The translations under genes were made by a program, and so were the position numbers. A stretch of 64,000 bases of DNA from the human T2T-CHM13v2.0 reference genome, Homo sapiens. The notes below the pieces were generated by a model. The model made no database searches. It saw only the letters and a list, made by a program, of their open reading frames with translations, and had not been told where the DNA came from. The stretch lies in NCBI RefSeq assembly GCF_009914755.1, contig NC_060925.1. One strand, 5' to 3'. This document shows, one piece after another, positions 1-13,835 of this stretch (within the stretch, counting starts at the first letter, position 1; each line of letters begins with the position of its first letter).

Positions 1-1644
1 ACACGGTAACAGGCACAGTAATTTGTTTTGATTCTGAACTGGGGATATCAAGATACATTTTTTACCAAAAAAAAAAAAAAAAGGCATACAGTTAACATCA
101 AAATTACAATTCCTCACTTAGAGCATAAACAGGGATAACAAAAATGGACCAAATGTTCTAAACGTCATAAGGGAAGAGCAGGACAGCACAGGCACCTAGA
201 TTTCAATCAGTTCTACTTACCCCTCAGTGCAACTTCTTTACTTTTCAAACCAGGTTGGAAATAACCAACCAGTACACAGGGTGACTTCTGTGGGAAGGAT
301 GTTTTTGTCATTTTCATTCACTGGGAGGATTGTCTCCCAGGACACTAGGAAGTGGTTCCTGGACGCTGCAACTGTTCATCATCCATCAGTTCTGAAAAAC
401 TATCTTAAACTCCATTACAGAGTAAACGAATTTAAATTCTGAATGAGAGTAAACTGACATGGAAAGACATGGTGCTGGAAATCAGGTGAGGACAGCCAAG
501 GACTGAGATTTGGAGAAACCAGAGAAAAGCAGCATTCAAGCCCCCCTTTCCTGCCAACCTGGAGAGAAAGTCGTGTGGATTCTATTTGTTTCCCAGGCTG
601 TCAAGCAATCTCTCTTCCCTTTGTGCTGTAGAGAGCAGAGCCAGGCCCTAGGATGAAGCAGGAGCTTATTTTCTGTTTATTCACTTAACATCTCAGTAAA
701 TATTTATTAATCTCCTACTGTGTGCCAGGCACTATTCTGGGAACTGAGGATTCAACAATGAATAAATAAAGCTTCGTAAGACATTGTCCTCACTGCTATA
801 TCTCCACCCCCTAGAAGAATGCCCAGCACATACTGGGTGCTCAATTATATGTGTGAAATCAATTTGAGTTGGAAATGGGCAATCTGCTGGTTCTCACCAT
901 GGGGCATGCATACCCTGAATGTCTGGCTGGGAGGTGTTAAAGCACTAGTAGTAGGGATTTTGGCCAGGATTTTATTCTGGTTTCATTCTCTTAAAGGATT
1001 GACTTATGCAAAAAACTCCCACAGGTGGGACAGAACCAGAAATAACCCAGATCCTCATGGGCCTTTAGATTTGTGACTTGCATTAGGGGAGGCAGCTAAC
1101 CAATCTCACACTTTTTTTCCTTTCCAGTCTCCACAGAATCAAAGCGGTCAGGGTTGGACAGGAATGACAGAGCTGTCTCCGTATTACTTGATCAAGGAAA
1201 CCAGTATCGGGGAAGTCAAAAGATTTACACAAGTCACATGATGTGTTGGTGACAGAGCTGTGACTAAAACTAAAACCTAGACCTAAGACCTGTGATTTCT
1301 TTATTCATCTGGGAGCCTTCAGGCCCCTAAAAAAATATGTTGACATTTTCAGAGGAAAGAGCTTACTTACGTGCCTGTGGAACCATCAGGGGCTCTACAA
1401 GGTAGTAGCTTAGTTTTGTACACCTCCTAGTTTTTCTCTTATGAAAGAAGATGAAAGAAGTATCTCTGAGGTGTAGCAGCAAAGGAGAAAGTATATGGAA
1501 ACCCGAGCAATTGGATTTTACTCTTCTGGATATTAGCTTGTGTGCTTCACTTTTATACTCCATTGCAGTTTCCTTCAGTGCCAGCTTTCCCCCTACAGAC
1601 TAAAACAAAGGTCTTCCCCAAATTCCCTGCCTAAAGGAAAGGCA

Positions 1645-2917
1645 ATCTGTAATACTCTTAATACTTTATTAACTTAAAACATCACTCTAATAAATATGTA
1701 TTAACAAACATAATGCTTACCAGAAGATCTAAAAACATTTACCAACCTCATCAAAGTGAAAATACCACCTTTCCCCCCTCTATGGTACACATGGAGGGTC
1801 AAAGAGTTGAAGACAGAGCCTTCCTTCCCACATGCCTGCTAGCTCAGAAATCTTTAAAATATCAGCTTAACAATAAAAAACTGAATATACACACATATCT
1901 TTGAAGTAACTGTTCAGCTTTTTGTTTACACCTGATAAAATCCAAAAGGGTCAAAAGGGAAGGTTTACAATTCTGTGCTGTCTTCTCAGAATTCCCTCCA
2001 AGAGTAAGAACAGACCCAGCCACTTGGAGGTGCAACCGTTAGCTTTTGAGGAGCAGTCAGGGGTTGTGACTTCAGTCTCTCTTCCCCAATACCTAGCATG
2101 GTGCCTGGTACCTTGGTAGCCGGTGATCCATGAACATTTGCTGAGTGAATGAATGACATCTTGTCCACAGGCATTGCTTGTGCTTTTACCTCCAGTGATG
2201 AGGTTTTCACAGCCCTACTGAAGGGAGGACCTCTAATCCCCTCTCATTACCAACTTCTCTTCTGCTTCTTCTTGGGGGTAGCCTCGATGGTGCATCTCAT
2301 GACTTCAAAGTATTAAATTCCTTCCCCAAGTCAGTTTCTGAATCAGTTTTTGAGGAGGAGAAATGATTCCTCCAAGATTTATAGGCAGCACCCAAAAGAA
2401 AGGAGTCAACAGACCCCCCAGAAGGAAAAAAATAAAAGTTAACACTCACTCTTCTTTCTAGATAAAAATATTAGCATTTGTCCACCTTGTAAATGGTGAT
2501 TCCTCCTCTTCCACACAAATATCTGGGGTAGGTCAAGAGGGGGGAGGGAAGAAACCTGAAGGGCATTCCTGTCTGTAGATTAGGGCTGGAAATGGGAAGG
2601 ACTGTGGGGTCTAAGATTTATTCTGGTCCCCATTTGACTTTGCCTTTGTCTTCAGGTGTAGAGGAGCCTATTTGTGTCCGAAGCCTAGGGAGTCACTTGG
2701 TTCTCACTCTCGGCTGCACTTTGAAAAGGTACCTCATTTCTTCTGGCAGCTCCAGGAGGTAAGGCGAAGGAGGAGCAACCTGGTAGGATCTGCAGACTGG
2801 ACCTGGGGTCTGGAAAGTCAGAAGGGAGTGGAGGCAAGCAGGGAGCAGAGTGGTGGCAAGCAGGGAGGCTGCCCTCTGTAGTGTTGTGTAGCTGCTGCTT
2901 GCAGCCAGCCAGGGTGC
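1645..2917 (-). other. GFI1: GFI1 3'UTR (to the proximal poly(A) site)
   Basis: Follows the stop codon; AATAAA at 1670-1665; exact cleavage position inferred. Confidence 0.8.
1665..1670 (-). terminator. GFI1: Polyadenylation signal AATAAA for GFI1
   Basis: tttatt on + strand in an AT-rich context ~1.25 kb past the stop. Confidence 0.75.
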
Positions 2918-3133
<216 letters not shown>

Positions 3134-3631
3134 CTATGATAAAGCTAGAGGGGACCCACTGTGACCCACATGCTCTTGGCAGCAGCTGGTTGCACCACAG
3201 TCTAAGGCCTTCAAGCAACTTGGAGGGTGACGTGTTGCAACCTGAACTGACTCCCAGCCTGCAATGCGAGTCCCTGGAAGCACCATGGGGGCACCAGGTG
3301 AAAGGGAGACTTTCTGAAGGGGGGTTCCCAGCCAAAGGCCTCAAACGGTTTCCTGCTAAACGGAAACAGAGCAAAGGCCACGTGCCCTCCCCAGCTGAAT
3401 CTACCCCGGGAGGACTCCCCTGACTTTATAAGCCATGAACACTCAGAGCAGATGTTCAACAGGAAGGGGAGGGGGAAGCTGTCCTAAAACCGTGTGACTC
3501 CGTTCTAATTCAGAGGAAGTTTTCAAATCTGAATTTCCAAGTGGGTGTTAGTTTGTATGGATCAGTGAGCCCGTCTTCTTTCTTGTTCTTGAAGGACAGC
3601 AGATTATATCTGAAAAAACATCTTAACATGG

Positions 3632-3702
3632 ACTTTCTTTCTTTCTTTATTTCTCTCTCTCTCTCTCTTTCTTTCTAAGTTCCAGGGTACATGTGCAGGA
3701 TA
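3632..3702 (-). mobile_element. Tiny L1PA 3' terminus with a (CT/CTTT)n decayed tail in GFI1 intron 6
   Basis: taagttccagggtacatgtgcagga preceded by a pyrimidine microsatellite. Confidence 0.55.
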
Positions 3703-4779
3703 CGTTTTTCAATATCTTATTTTAAAAATCCACATTTGGGCCACAAAGGATTAAGGCAGCTGATACTTTACTGTCTTGATTTTTCCTTAATTTTATGAGG
3801 TTAATCACATGATTCTTTATATACCAGCAATTCTTCACCACAAATTAATAAATAAGAGAACACAAGAAGGTTTTGTCTTGTTCCCCATCTCATGTGTTGT
3901 TGGGTAAATGGCATGAATTTCCAATAGCCCAGCATGGCATTATAGTCAGGGCTCAGCCTTGGAAAAAGTATAAAATAGATGAAGTTTGTTTTTGAGGAAC
4001 CCTCTGTCCTCCTTGCTAAAAACTCTTTTCTGTTTTCATGCTTCAGATTTCCTTGATAAGAAACCACCCATCAAAATGTATTCTATCCCTTTAGGGTCAA
4101 ACAAATCTGAGAAAACAAATTCTAGGTATAACGTAAATGTTTGATAAGGGCTTAATGTTTTATTCAGTCAAGATCCTAGTTGCATTTTGATAAGTGTCCT
4201 GAATACCTTACTTATAAGGAGTGAATTACATGGAAATTTCAGGTAAGAGGGAATGATTAAAGTAGAATACTTTTCTGGGTTTTCAATGGAAATATATACA
4301 TTACCCAAGTATATTTATAAACATCAAGGGTGGGTGTTTAGAATACACTGTGATTTGTTCTAAATCAGTATTCATATTCTGCAATAAAATTTTCAGAAAT
4401 TCTGGGTCTCATGTAAATGTCTTTTGACTATTAGAGTGTTCTTGGCATTAAAACTCCCACCCGCACATAAAGTGTTAGACAAACAGTCCAGGATTAAAAG
4501 CCAGAGCATTACATGGCTACATTATTCATTCAGTCTTACTTCTGATAAATCATTCACTCTTTCTGAGTTTCAGGATGGTAAGAGCAGCTCCTTCTACTTT
4601 CTTGAGTGGCAATAAGAATCAAATGAAATGATAGATTTGAAAGTACTTTGTAAATTATAAAGCATTATAATAGGTAAGGAATTATCATTATTATGGCATT
4701 AACTTGCAGATATTTTGAAAAGGGCAATAAGTGAACAGAAGCTTTCTGTCTACCAACCTCATGACTCTGAACATAAAAT

Positions 4780-4990
4780 ACAATAAACAGTGGTCAAGAG
4801 TGAACATTTGAGAGGTCAGACCTGAATTTGAGCTCTGGCCCTGTCATTTGCTAGCAGTGTGACCCTGGGCAGATTACCTAGCCTCATTTTTTTCATCTCT
4901 AAAATGGGGAGAAGGAGTAGTCGCTACCTCTCAGAGTTGTTGTGAGCATAAAATGAAATAATGCATTTAAAAAATGCTTAGCAGAGAGTT
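4780..4990 (+). mobile_element. MIR
   Basis: gcagtgtgaccctgggcagattacctagcctc..catctctaaaatggg core. Confidence 0.7.
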
Positions 4991-5414
4991 TAATCATATT
5001 TGCCATTATTTGTTCCTCTTCAATCAGAATAAGCTCTCAGACTCCTGAAAATGCAGCCGGAGAGTCCACACGAGTCCCTCCCACAAAAGGCCAGGTGGTT
5101 AGGGAAAGTCCTCAATCTCTAGGTAAGCTTTAGAGCAACTCTCTAAGAGGACCCTGGAGCTTCATATTTCACCCAGAGCAGGCAGCAGGGGAAGCAGCTG
5201 CTAACCTAAAGGAAAATGTTCTTTCCAAGTATAGAGTACCTGTGAGCTGACCTGCTGAGTGGCCTTTCAGACACAACCCCAAATCAAGGTGGCTCTGGGG
5301 AGAATTATGCCGGTAAATGAACCAAAGAACCCACCCCTTTGTTTTCTTTAACACAGAGCAGAGAATAACTCCATCAGAAAGGCCTCATCCACCACTCACT
5401 GGGGCCAGAAATCA

Positions 5415-5699
<285 letters not shown>

Positions 5700-5716
5700 C
5701 TACTGCAGTCAACTAG

Positions 5717-6060
<344 letters not shown>

Positions 6061-6464
6061 CTTCAACACTTTTTCTACCAAAACATTCTTCACCCACAAC
6101 CTTCCACACCCCATGGCAAATACATATCCACACCCTGCTTTTTTTGACACCCATTAGCACACACTTCTCCACCCTCCTCAACAGGAGGCTTAGACCTCAG
6201 TCACTTGAGATGCCACCTCCCCCCAGCCAGTGTGGGTGCTGGGGGAGATGGGCTAATACTCTTTTTAGCCTTCGTAAGTAGGCATTCTCCTGAGATAGCT
6301 ATTGGCATATTTACTTGCTCATCTACTCTCCGTCTCTCAGCTAAACTATAATCTTCATGTGGGCATGCTGTCAAGGACCTGATGTGTTATAAGATTCTTA
6401 AGTACTTGGCACCTGGAAGTTAGCCAACAAATATTTATTAATGAATGAATGAATAAATAGCGGC

Positions 6465-6790
6465 GGTGGGGCATGGTGGCTCACGCCTGTAATCCCAGCA
6501 CTTTGGGAGGCCCAGGCTGGTGGATCACTTGAGGCCAGGAGTTCGTGACCAGCCTGGCTAACGTGGCGAAATCCCGTCTCTACTAAGAACACAAAAATTA
6601 GCTGTGCTGTAGTGGCATGCGCCTGTAATCCCAGCTACTTAGGAGGCTGAGGCACGAGAATCACTTTAACCTGACAGGGGGAGGTTGCAGTGAGCTGAGA
6701 TTGTGCAACTGCCCTCCAGCCTGGGCAACAGAGCCAGACTCTGAAAGAAAAGAAAAGAAAAAAGAAAAGAAAAGAAAGGAAGGAAGGAAA
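6465..6790 (+). mobile_element. Alu in GFI1 intron 5
   Basis: Dimeric Alu with (GAAAA)n tail; flanking AATAGCGG duplication. Confidence 0.95.
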
Positions 6791-7014
6791 GAATGAATAG
6801 CGGGGTGAATATGCTACTAGATGCTCTAAATGAGCTGAGATTCCCGCCTTTTCAGTCGAGAGGGGTCAATGCAAATTAAGTGACAACCATTTGGTGAAAA
6901 GAATAGGCACAAAGAAACAGAGCTAGTAAGTCTGATATATCAGCAGCACGAATCAGTGCATACAAACCTACCTCAAGCCCAAAGTAACAATGAGGATCAC
7001 ACTCTCGAGGCTCA

Positions 7015-8017
<1,003 letters not shown>

Positions 8018-8830
8018 TCAGACGGCAGAGCGGAGGCCGCCGGGCTGCGGCTGCGAGCGTGGCGTGTTCGCGGACTGCGGGGCACCCAGCGCTTGTAGAA
8101 CACTGCGTGCGCCAGGTGCCAGGCTCGCCCCAGGGTAAAACGTGGCCCGGGCCCTGGGGCCTCGCAGGCCACTATAGGAGGCAGAACAGTAAACAGATCA
8201 TTGAAAAGACCTCGGGAGAGGAGGTCGTAAATTCTGTGCGAGTGCAGCGGAGGCGCTCGGCGTTCCGAGGATCTTTTCTGGCTGGACCCGCGCACCTGGA
8301 GATCCTACAGGGAAGGGCGCATCTATAAATGCCCGTAGTTGAGCTGTTAAGAAGGAGAAGGCGGCGGCCGTTCGGCCCCTCACAGCACTCAAGGGCGGAA
8401 GGGTCCAGCCACCAGCGCAGGCACTCTCCCAGCCCCTACATGTTCCCATTCAATTCTTTTTCTTCCCAGAATCCACGAGGAAGGAGGGAGAAGGTCCATA
8501 AATGCGGCCCCGAACTACCCGAAAGGCTGCTGTCTGAATAAACCCGAAGGTATTAAGATTTCACGAAGTTAAGTGCCCAGTGTACGTAGCAAAGGAGCAG
8601 CAGGAAAGGGGCTTTTGGGCTTAAATTGACAGCCAAATACTCCCCATTCCTGTTACAGTTTGATGGAGGCGGGGAACCTGAATTTCTCAGAGAATAACTA
8701 TAACTCATAAGGTTTAGCCACCACCTGCAAGGAGACAGCTCTGAATTCTCGGCCTGCTACGCCCTCACCCACGTGAATTTTGCTAAAACTAGTGACCCCA
8801 ACGCATGTGAGTGCATACGGCATTTACAAA

Positions 8831-8873
8831 TGTGTGTGTGTGTGTGTGCGCGCGCGCGCACACACACACACAC
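8831..8873. repeat. (TG)9(CG)5(CA)7 compound microsatellite
   Basis: Counted directly. Confidence 0.97.
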
Positions 8874-9646
8874 TCCAGTTCAGGCTGGCCACTTCAGTGA
8901 GAGGCTGTACCCGGAGTTTCGTTCGGAGGGGTTCGGGGCGCGCCCAATCCTTGTCTGGCCACTTGACGCCCTGGCAGGAAGAATCCTCCCGCCGCCGGCT
9001 CCCAGACACACTTGCTGGAGCTATGGTTTTCGCCAAGTCAACTCACTGATTGTGGGACGGGTGGTGGTATCTTCTAAAACTAGCAAACATATTCTGGATA
9101 TAACCGGCCCTTGACAGAATCCGGCTGGTCTGCTCATTCCTTCCCCCGGCCGGGACTCGAGACGCCCCCACCCAACGTGTGGTCACTTAGTTTGCCTGAA
9201 GCTGGATTGCTCGCTGGAAATGAAACCCAGAGAGCAGGCCCCTGAGGCTAGGTTAACCCGGCAAAACGAAAAATGAAACAGGCCCCCAATCTGCGCCTGT
9301 GAAGACCAAGCCGCGGGCTGAGATTTTCGTCCTGCCCCCCTCCCTGCCGCCCAGCGCCTAGCTCCTCTGCCTGGCCCGTTCTGCCCTGTTCTCTGTTTGA
9401 GGTTTGGGGGTCTAGATTGCAGGATCCTAGCACTTTATAAAACAGTCAGGTCTGGTCAGAAAATGAAAGGTCAGCGTTGCCGCCAGTCGAAACGACTGGT
9501 TTGTTTTCCGTCACTGGCCAGCTCCGCGCAAACGAATCTAAGCGACAAGCAGCTAGGGTCCTGCCGCCTGGGATGGAGGCAGCAGCCCCAGCGGGCAAGC
9601 TGTCCAAGTCCCAGAGAAGCCGGATGCCTCCTTCCCCTACGAATCA

Positions 9647-10497
<851 letters not shown>

Positions 10498-10645
10498 CTG
10501 AGAGGGAAAGAAAACCAGGTGGAGACGTGGGTCAGTACTCTCCGGTGCGGCGGACTGGGCACCCAGGCGGAGGGAGAGCGCGGGCCAGGGAGGCGCGCAG
10601 AGGGCCCACGGGAGGAGGGGCTTGACCCTGCTGCGCCGCGCTTAC

Positions 10646-10710
10646 CAGGTGGCACTTGGACAGGTGGCGCGAACCCGCCGTCGTTGCCGCCGCCGCCACT
10701 GACACAGCTC
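10646..10710 (-). other. GFI1: Candidate GFI1 proximal non-coding first exon
   Basis: Donor CTG|GTAAGC at 10646/10645 inside the CpG island; GFI1 is known to have several 5'UTR variants; start position approximate. Confidence 0.6.
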
Positions 10711-12924
10711 AGCGGTAAAACCTGTCCCGGGGCCCTGTCTCAGGCCCCTTTCCTCCTCCCTGCCCACGCCCCCCAGCTCCTCCCCTTTCCTAGCGAAGCT
10801 CGCTCCGGCAATCAAACTCCCTGGAGAGCTGTAGTTCCCATCGGGTGGGTTACCCCAACTCAGCTACTCATCGCCTGCCTGGCTGTGCTTTACGGCTGGC
10901 GAGGGAGGGCGGGGACACGCGGATCGGTTTAGGGGCCGGGGATGCCCAGTGGTCGAGGACCCGGAAGGGGCAAGGAGCCAAGACCTCCAAGAGCCAGCTA
11001 CCAACTGGAGTGAAAGGACCGGGGGGAGGGGGGAACAGAACACAAGATAAAACTGTGGGGCGGCGGGAGGACAGCAGCAGAGGGATTGGGGACAGCAGAG
11101 GCCAGAGAAAGGAGGTGGGAGAGCAAAGGGACAGGAAAGTGAGGGGAACAACAGACGACCAACCCCCGCCCCAGGAGAAACTCGCATCTGGGTGATCCCA
11201 CTCGCCCCTCACTAGTGCCCCACGTAGGAGAAACTTTGCCCTTGGACTCCCGGCTGCGGCGGGCACCGGTCGAGGCTGCGGCGAGCCATCCCAGACCATG
11301 GAGACCTAACCTCGGGAATCAGGTCCCGGGAAAAAAGCACTTTCCGTTCTGCTCACCAAAAAATCTTGTCCTAGGGAGGTGGAGCCCGATCCACGAACGT
11401 TGACTGGGAAATGCTAGGTGTCCCGAGTCGGTAGTGCACCGACAATTTAGCAGACAAAAAAGACAGGACGCCAGAGCGCGCAGGCTGCATTAGCAGAGAG
11501 CGGGGGTCGGGCCCGGGCCCGGGAGGGAACTAGCTGCCCGGGGCGTCGCTCTCATTAACCCCCAATCAGTTCACCTAATACCAGGTCGAAATCTGAGCGC
11601 AGCGGGAGGGCGTGGCTGCGCCTGCCGCTAGGCTCCAGCCGGCTCCGGGGGCGGTACCCCACAGTCGAGGTGGTCTGGAGTAAACGAATCTGCCTTCCTC
11701 CCGGGGTGAAGGCGATGGTGACCGGGTTCACACGTGAGCTGCAGTACAGCAGTTCTCCGTGGCCTCGGCTGGTTCAGAAACGAGGGTGCTGGGAACTCTG
11801 GGCCGGGGCAGGACCTGCAGTCCTCCGGCTTCGCGCTGTTTCCACTGCCGGACTAGGAGCCCCTCGGCTTCCTAGGCAAGATGCAGGCCACACAGTCTAC
11901 GTCTGTCCGTTGGCGCTCTCAGCTCAAACGAGTCCTACAGGCCTTGGTCCCTGTAGGGTGCAGGCCCCCTGCTCCAGATCCCCAGCCCCATTGTGTCCCC
12001 TTCTCCGGAGGAATGGGAATAGACCTGGGAGAAAAGACGCCTGGGACGTGTCGCGGGGCTCCCGCGAAGTTTCCCGCTACCCAAGCGCCAGAATGCCCCT
12101 AGGGGTGAGAGTGCCATCCGCCTCCCTCCGGGGTGGCTCCTAGGGCTAGAGCTTTGTCGCTTCCTGCACTTCTCGTCCGTACAATTAGACGCCACAAACC
12201 CCAAACCCAATTCTTTAAACAGCCACGAAACTCGGAAGAAAAGAAAAACGGAGTGGCGTTGTCCCGAGGGTCCCGCTGCAGCTTGGACCCGCGTTGGCTG
12301 GGAGCGGGACAGATGGGGGCGGGGTAACTGTCAGCGCCGGAGCTGGGTCTGGGCTGGCGCCACCAGAGACCAGGCGGACGCGGAGGCCGCCTCCCCACCC
12401 GGGCTGTAAGCCCACGCCTCTCTCGCACCCCGGCCCGCTTTGCTGGTTCCTGTGGGGAGCGACAGAGTTTGGAGGAGATAGGGGCCCCGGGGCCTGGGCC
12501 GAGCGCGTGGGAAGGCAACCCCGCGCTGCAGCTGGCGCGGGAGGTGGGGCGGCCCCTCCGCGCGCTCAGGCCTCTCCTCACCGTCCGGGCCCGGGAAGGA
12601 GGGAGCCGAGGGCGCTAAGGGGGCGTCCTCCCGAGCGCAGCTGCCGCCGCCTCCCCACCAGATGTTTCCTTCCCTGGTGGATTTGGCTCCCCTGCCGAAC
12701 CACCAGACCGCCTGCTGCGCGCCCCCAGCTCCAGATTTCCAGTCACACTGCGCGGGTCGCGCCCTAACCCAGCTGCCGGAGCTCTCTGGGCTCCCGCACG
12801 GCGGTCCGCAGCAGGTGGGAAACCGCCCGCGCCCTCTGATCGCCCCCGCAGTGCCAGTGCTCTGCGAGTCCCCGCGGCCGCCCCCACCAGGGCAGGAGGC
12901 GCAGAACAGGCTCGGCGGACCTAC

Positions 12925-12985
12925 CTGCGGAGTCACGGCGCGGGCACCGCGCTAGGAGAGTTTTCAAACGGAATCTTGCTTTCGG
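12925..12985 (-). other. GFI1: Candidate GFI1 middle non-coding first exon
   Basis: Donor CAG|GTAGGT at 12925/12924; start position approximate. Confidence 0.55.
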
Positions 12986-13636
12986 GAGAGACCGCTCTAT
13001 CTCTCTGACTTAAAAAAAAAAAAAATTCTCCTTCCGAGCTCAGCCCCCAAAACCACAAGCTTCACTTCCTGAGCGTTACTGAGTCGCTCGCATAGCCCTC
13101 CCAGACCTGCTCCCAACCCCCGTCGGGCGGCCGGGCGCGCTCCTTTGCGCAAGTGGCCAGGCGGTGGGGGGCCTGGCCTTTCCAGCCCGTCCCGCGCGCC
13201 CCTTAGTAGTCCTCCCAGTTCTCTCCCTGTGGGTCGGCAGGGGATGGGGGAAATTGGAGGTCCGGACACTTAGGCACTAGAAATGACTTGAAAGAAAATG
13301 AACTATTCTTGGCTCCAGGGAGACTTCCGCAGCGAGAGAAGCCACAGATTGAGGACACAGATTGACTGGCGAGAGAGGGGTGGGGGGCGCCCCGCTCCGA
13401 GGACCCTCCCCGCCCCTCAGGCCTCGGTCACCCGCCCCCCCCCACCCCCGACCCCGCCGCCTCCTAGGGCTGCACCACCCCCGGGTCGGGACCGTGAATC
13501 ACCGGCCCGCGGTGCCGCCGGCCTGGAGCCCGGCGAGTGGCCACGGCGTCCGCAGAGCGAAACCTGCCCCGCGGCCCCGAAATAGCTTGTTGTGGAAACA
13601 CTTGGGGATAAATACGCCCAACGAGGCTGAAAATAC

Positions 13637-13835
13637 CTTGACACCCAATCCGAGAGGTTTGCTCATTTCCCTTCGGATTTAGGTAATGGTTAAATTTGGA
13701 AGAGGTGGGCGAGCGCCGAGCCCCCGGCGGAGAGGGCCCTGGCGGCGCGTCCCGCGGGCGCCCGGCGGGACCGGTGGGCGCACCCTCCCTGCGCGGAGCT
13801 CGCCGGCTCTCGACCGGGTCCGCTCAGCCTTCGAC
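13637..13835 (-). other. GFI1: Candidate GFI1 distal non-coding first exon
   Basis: Donor AAG|GTATTT at 13637/13636 near the upstream edge of the CpG island; AT-rich TTTAATTT element near 13860; start position approximate. Confidence 0.65.

Noticed and set aside
1-1644. Possible extended GFI1 3'UTR with further AATAAA hexamers (~700, ~1300)
   Set aside because: The hexamers lie in or near L2/MIR remnants, and usage cannot be judged from sequence alone
2868-2883. CTCF-like motif CTACAGAGGGCAGC
   Set aside because: Mismatches in the 5' core; cannot be called without a PWM scan or ChIP data
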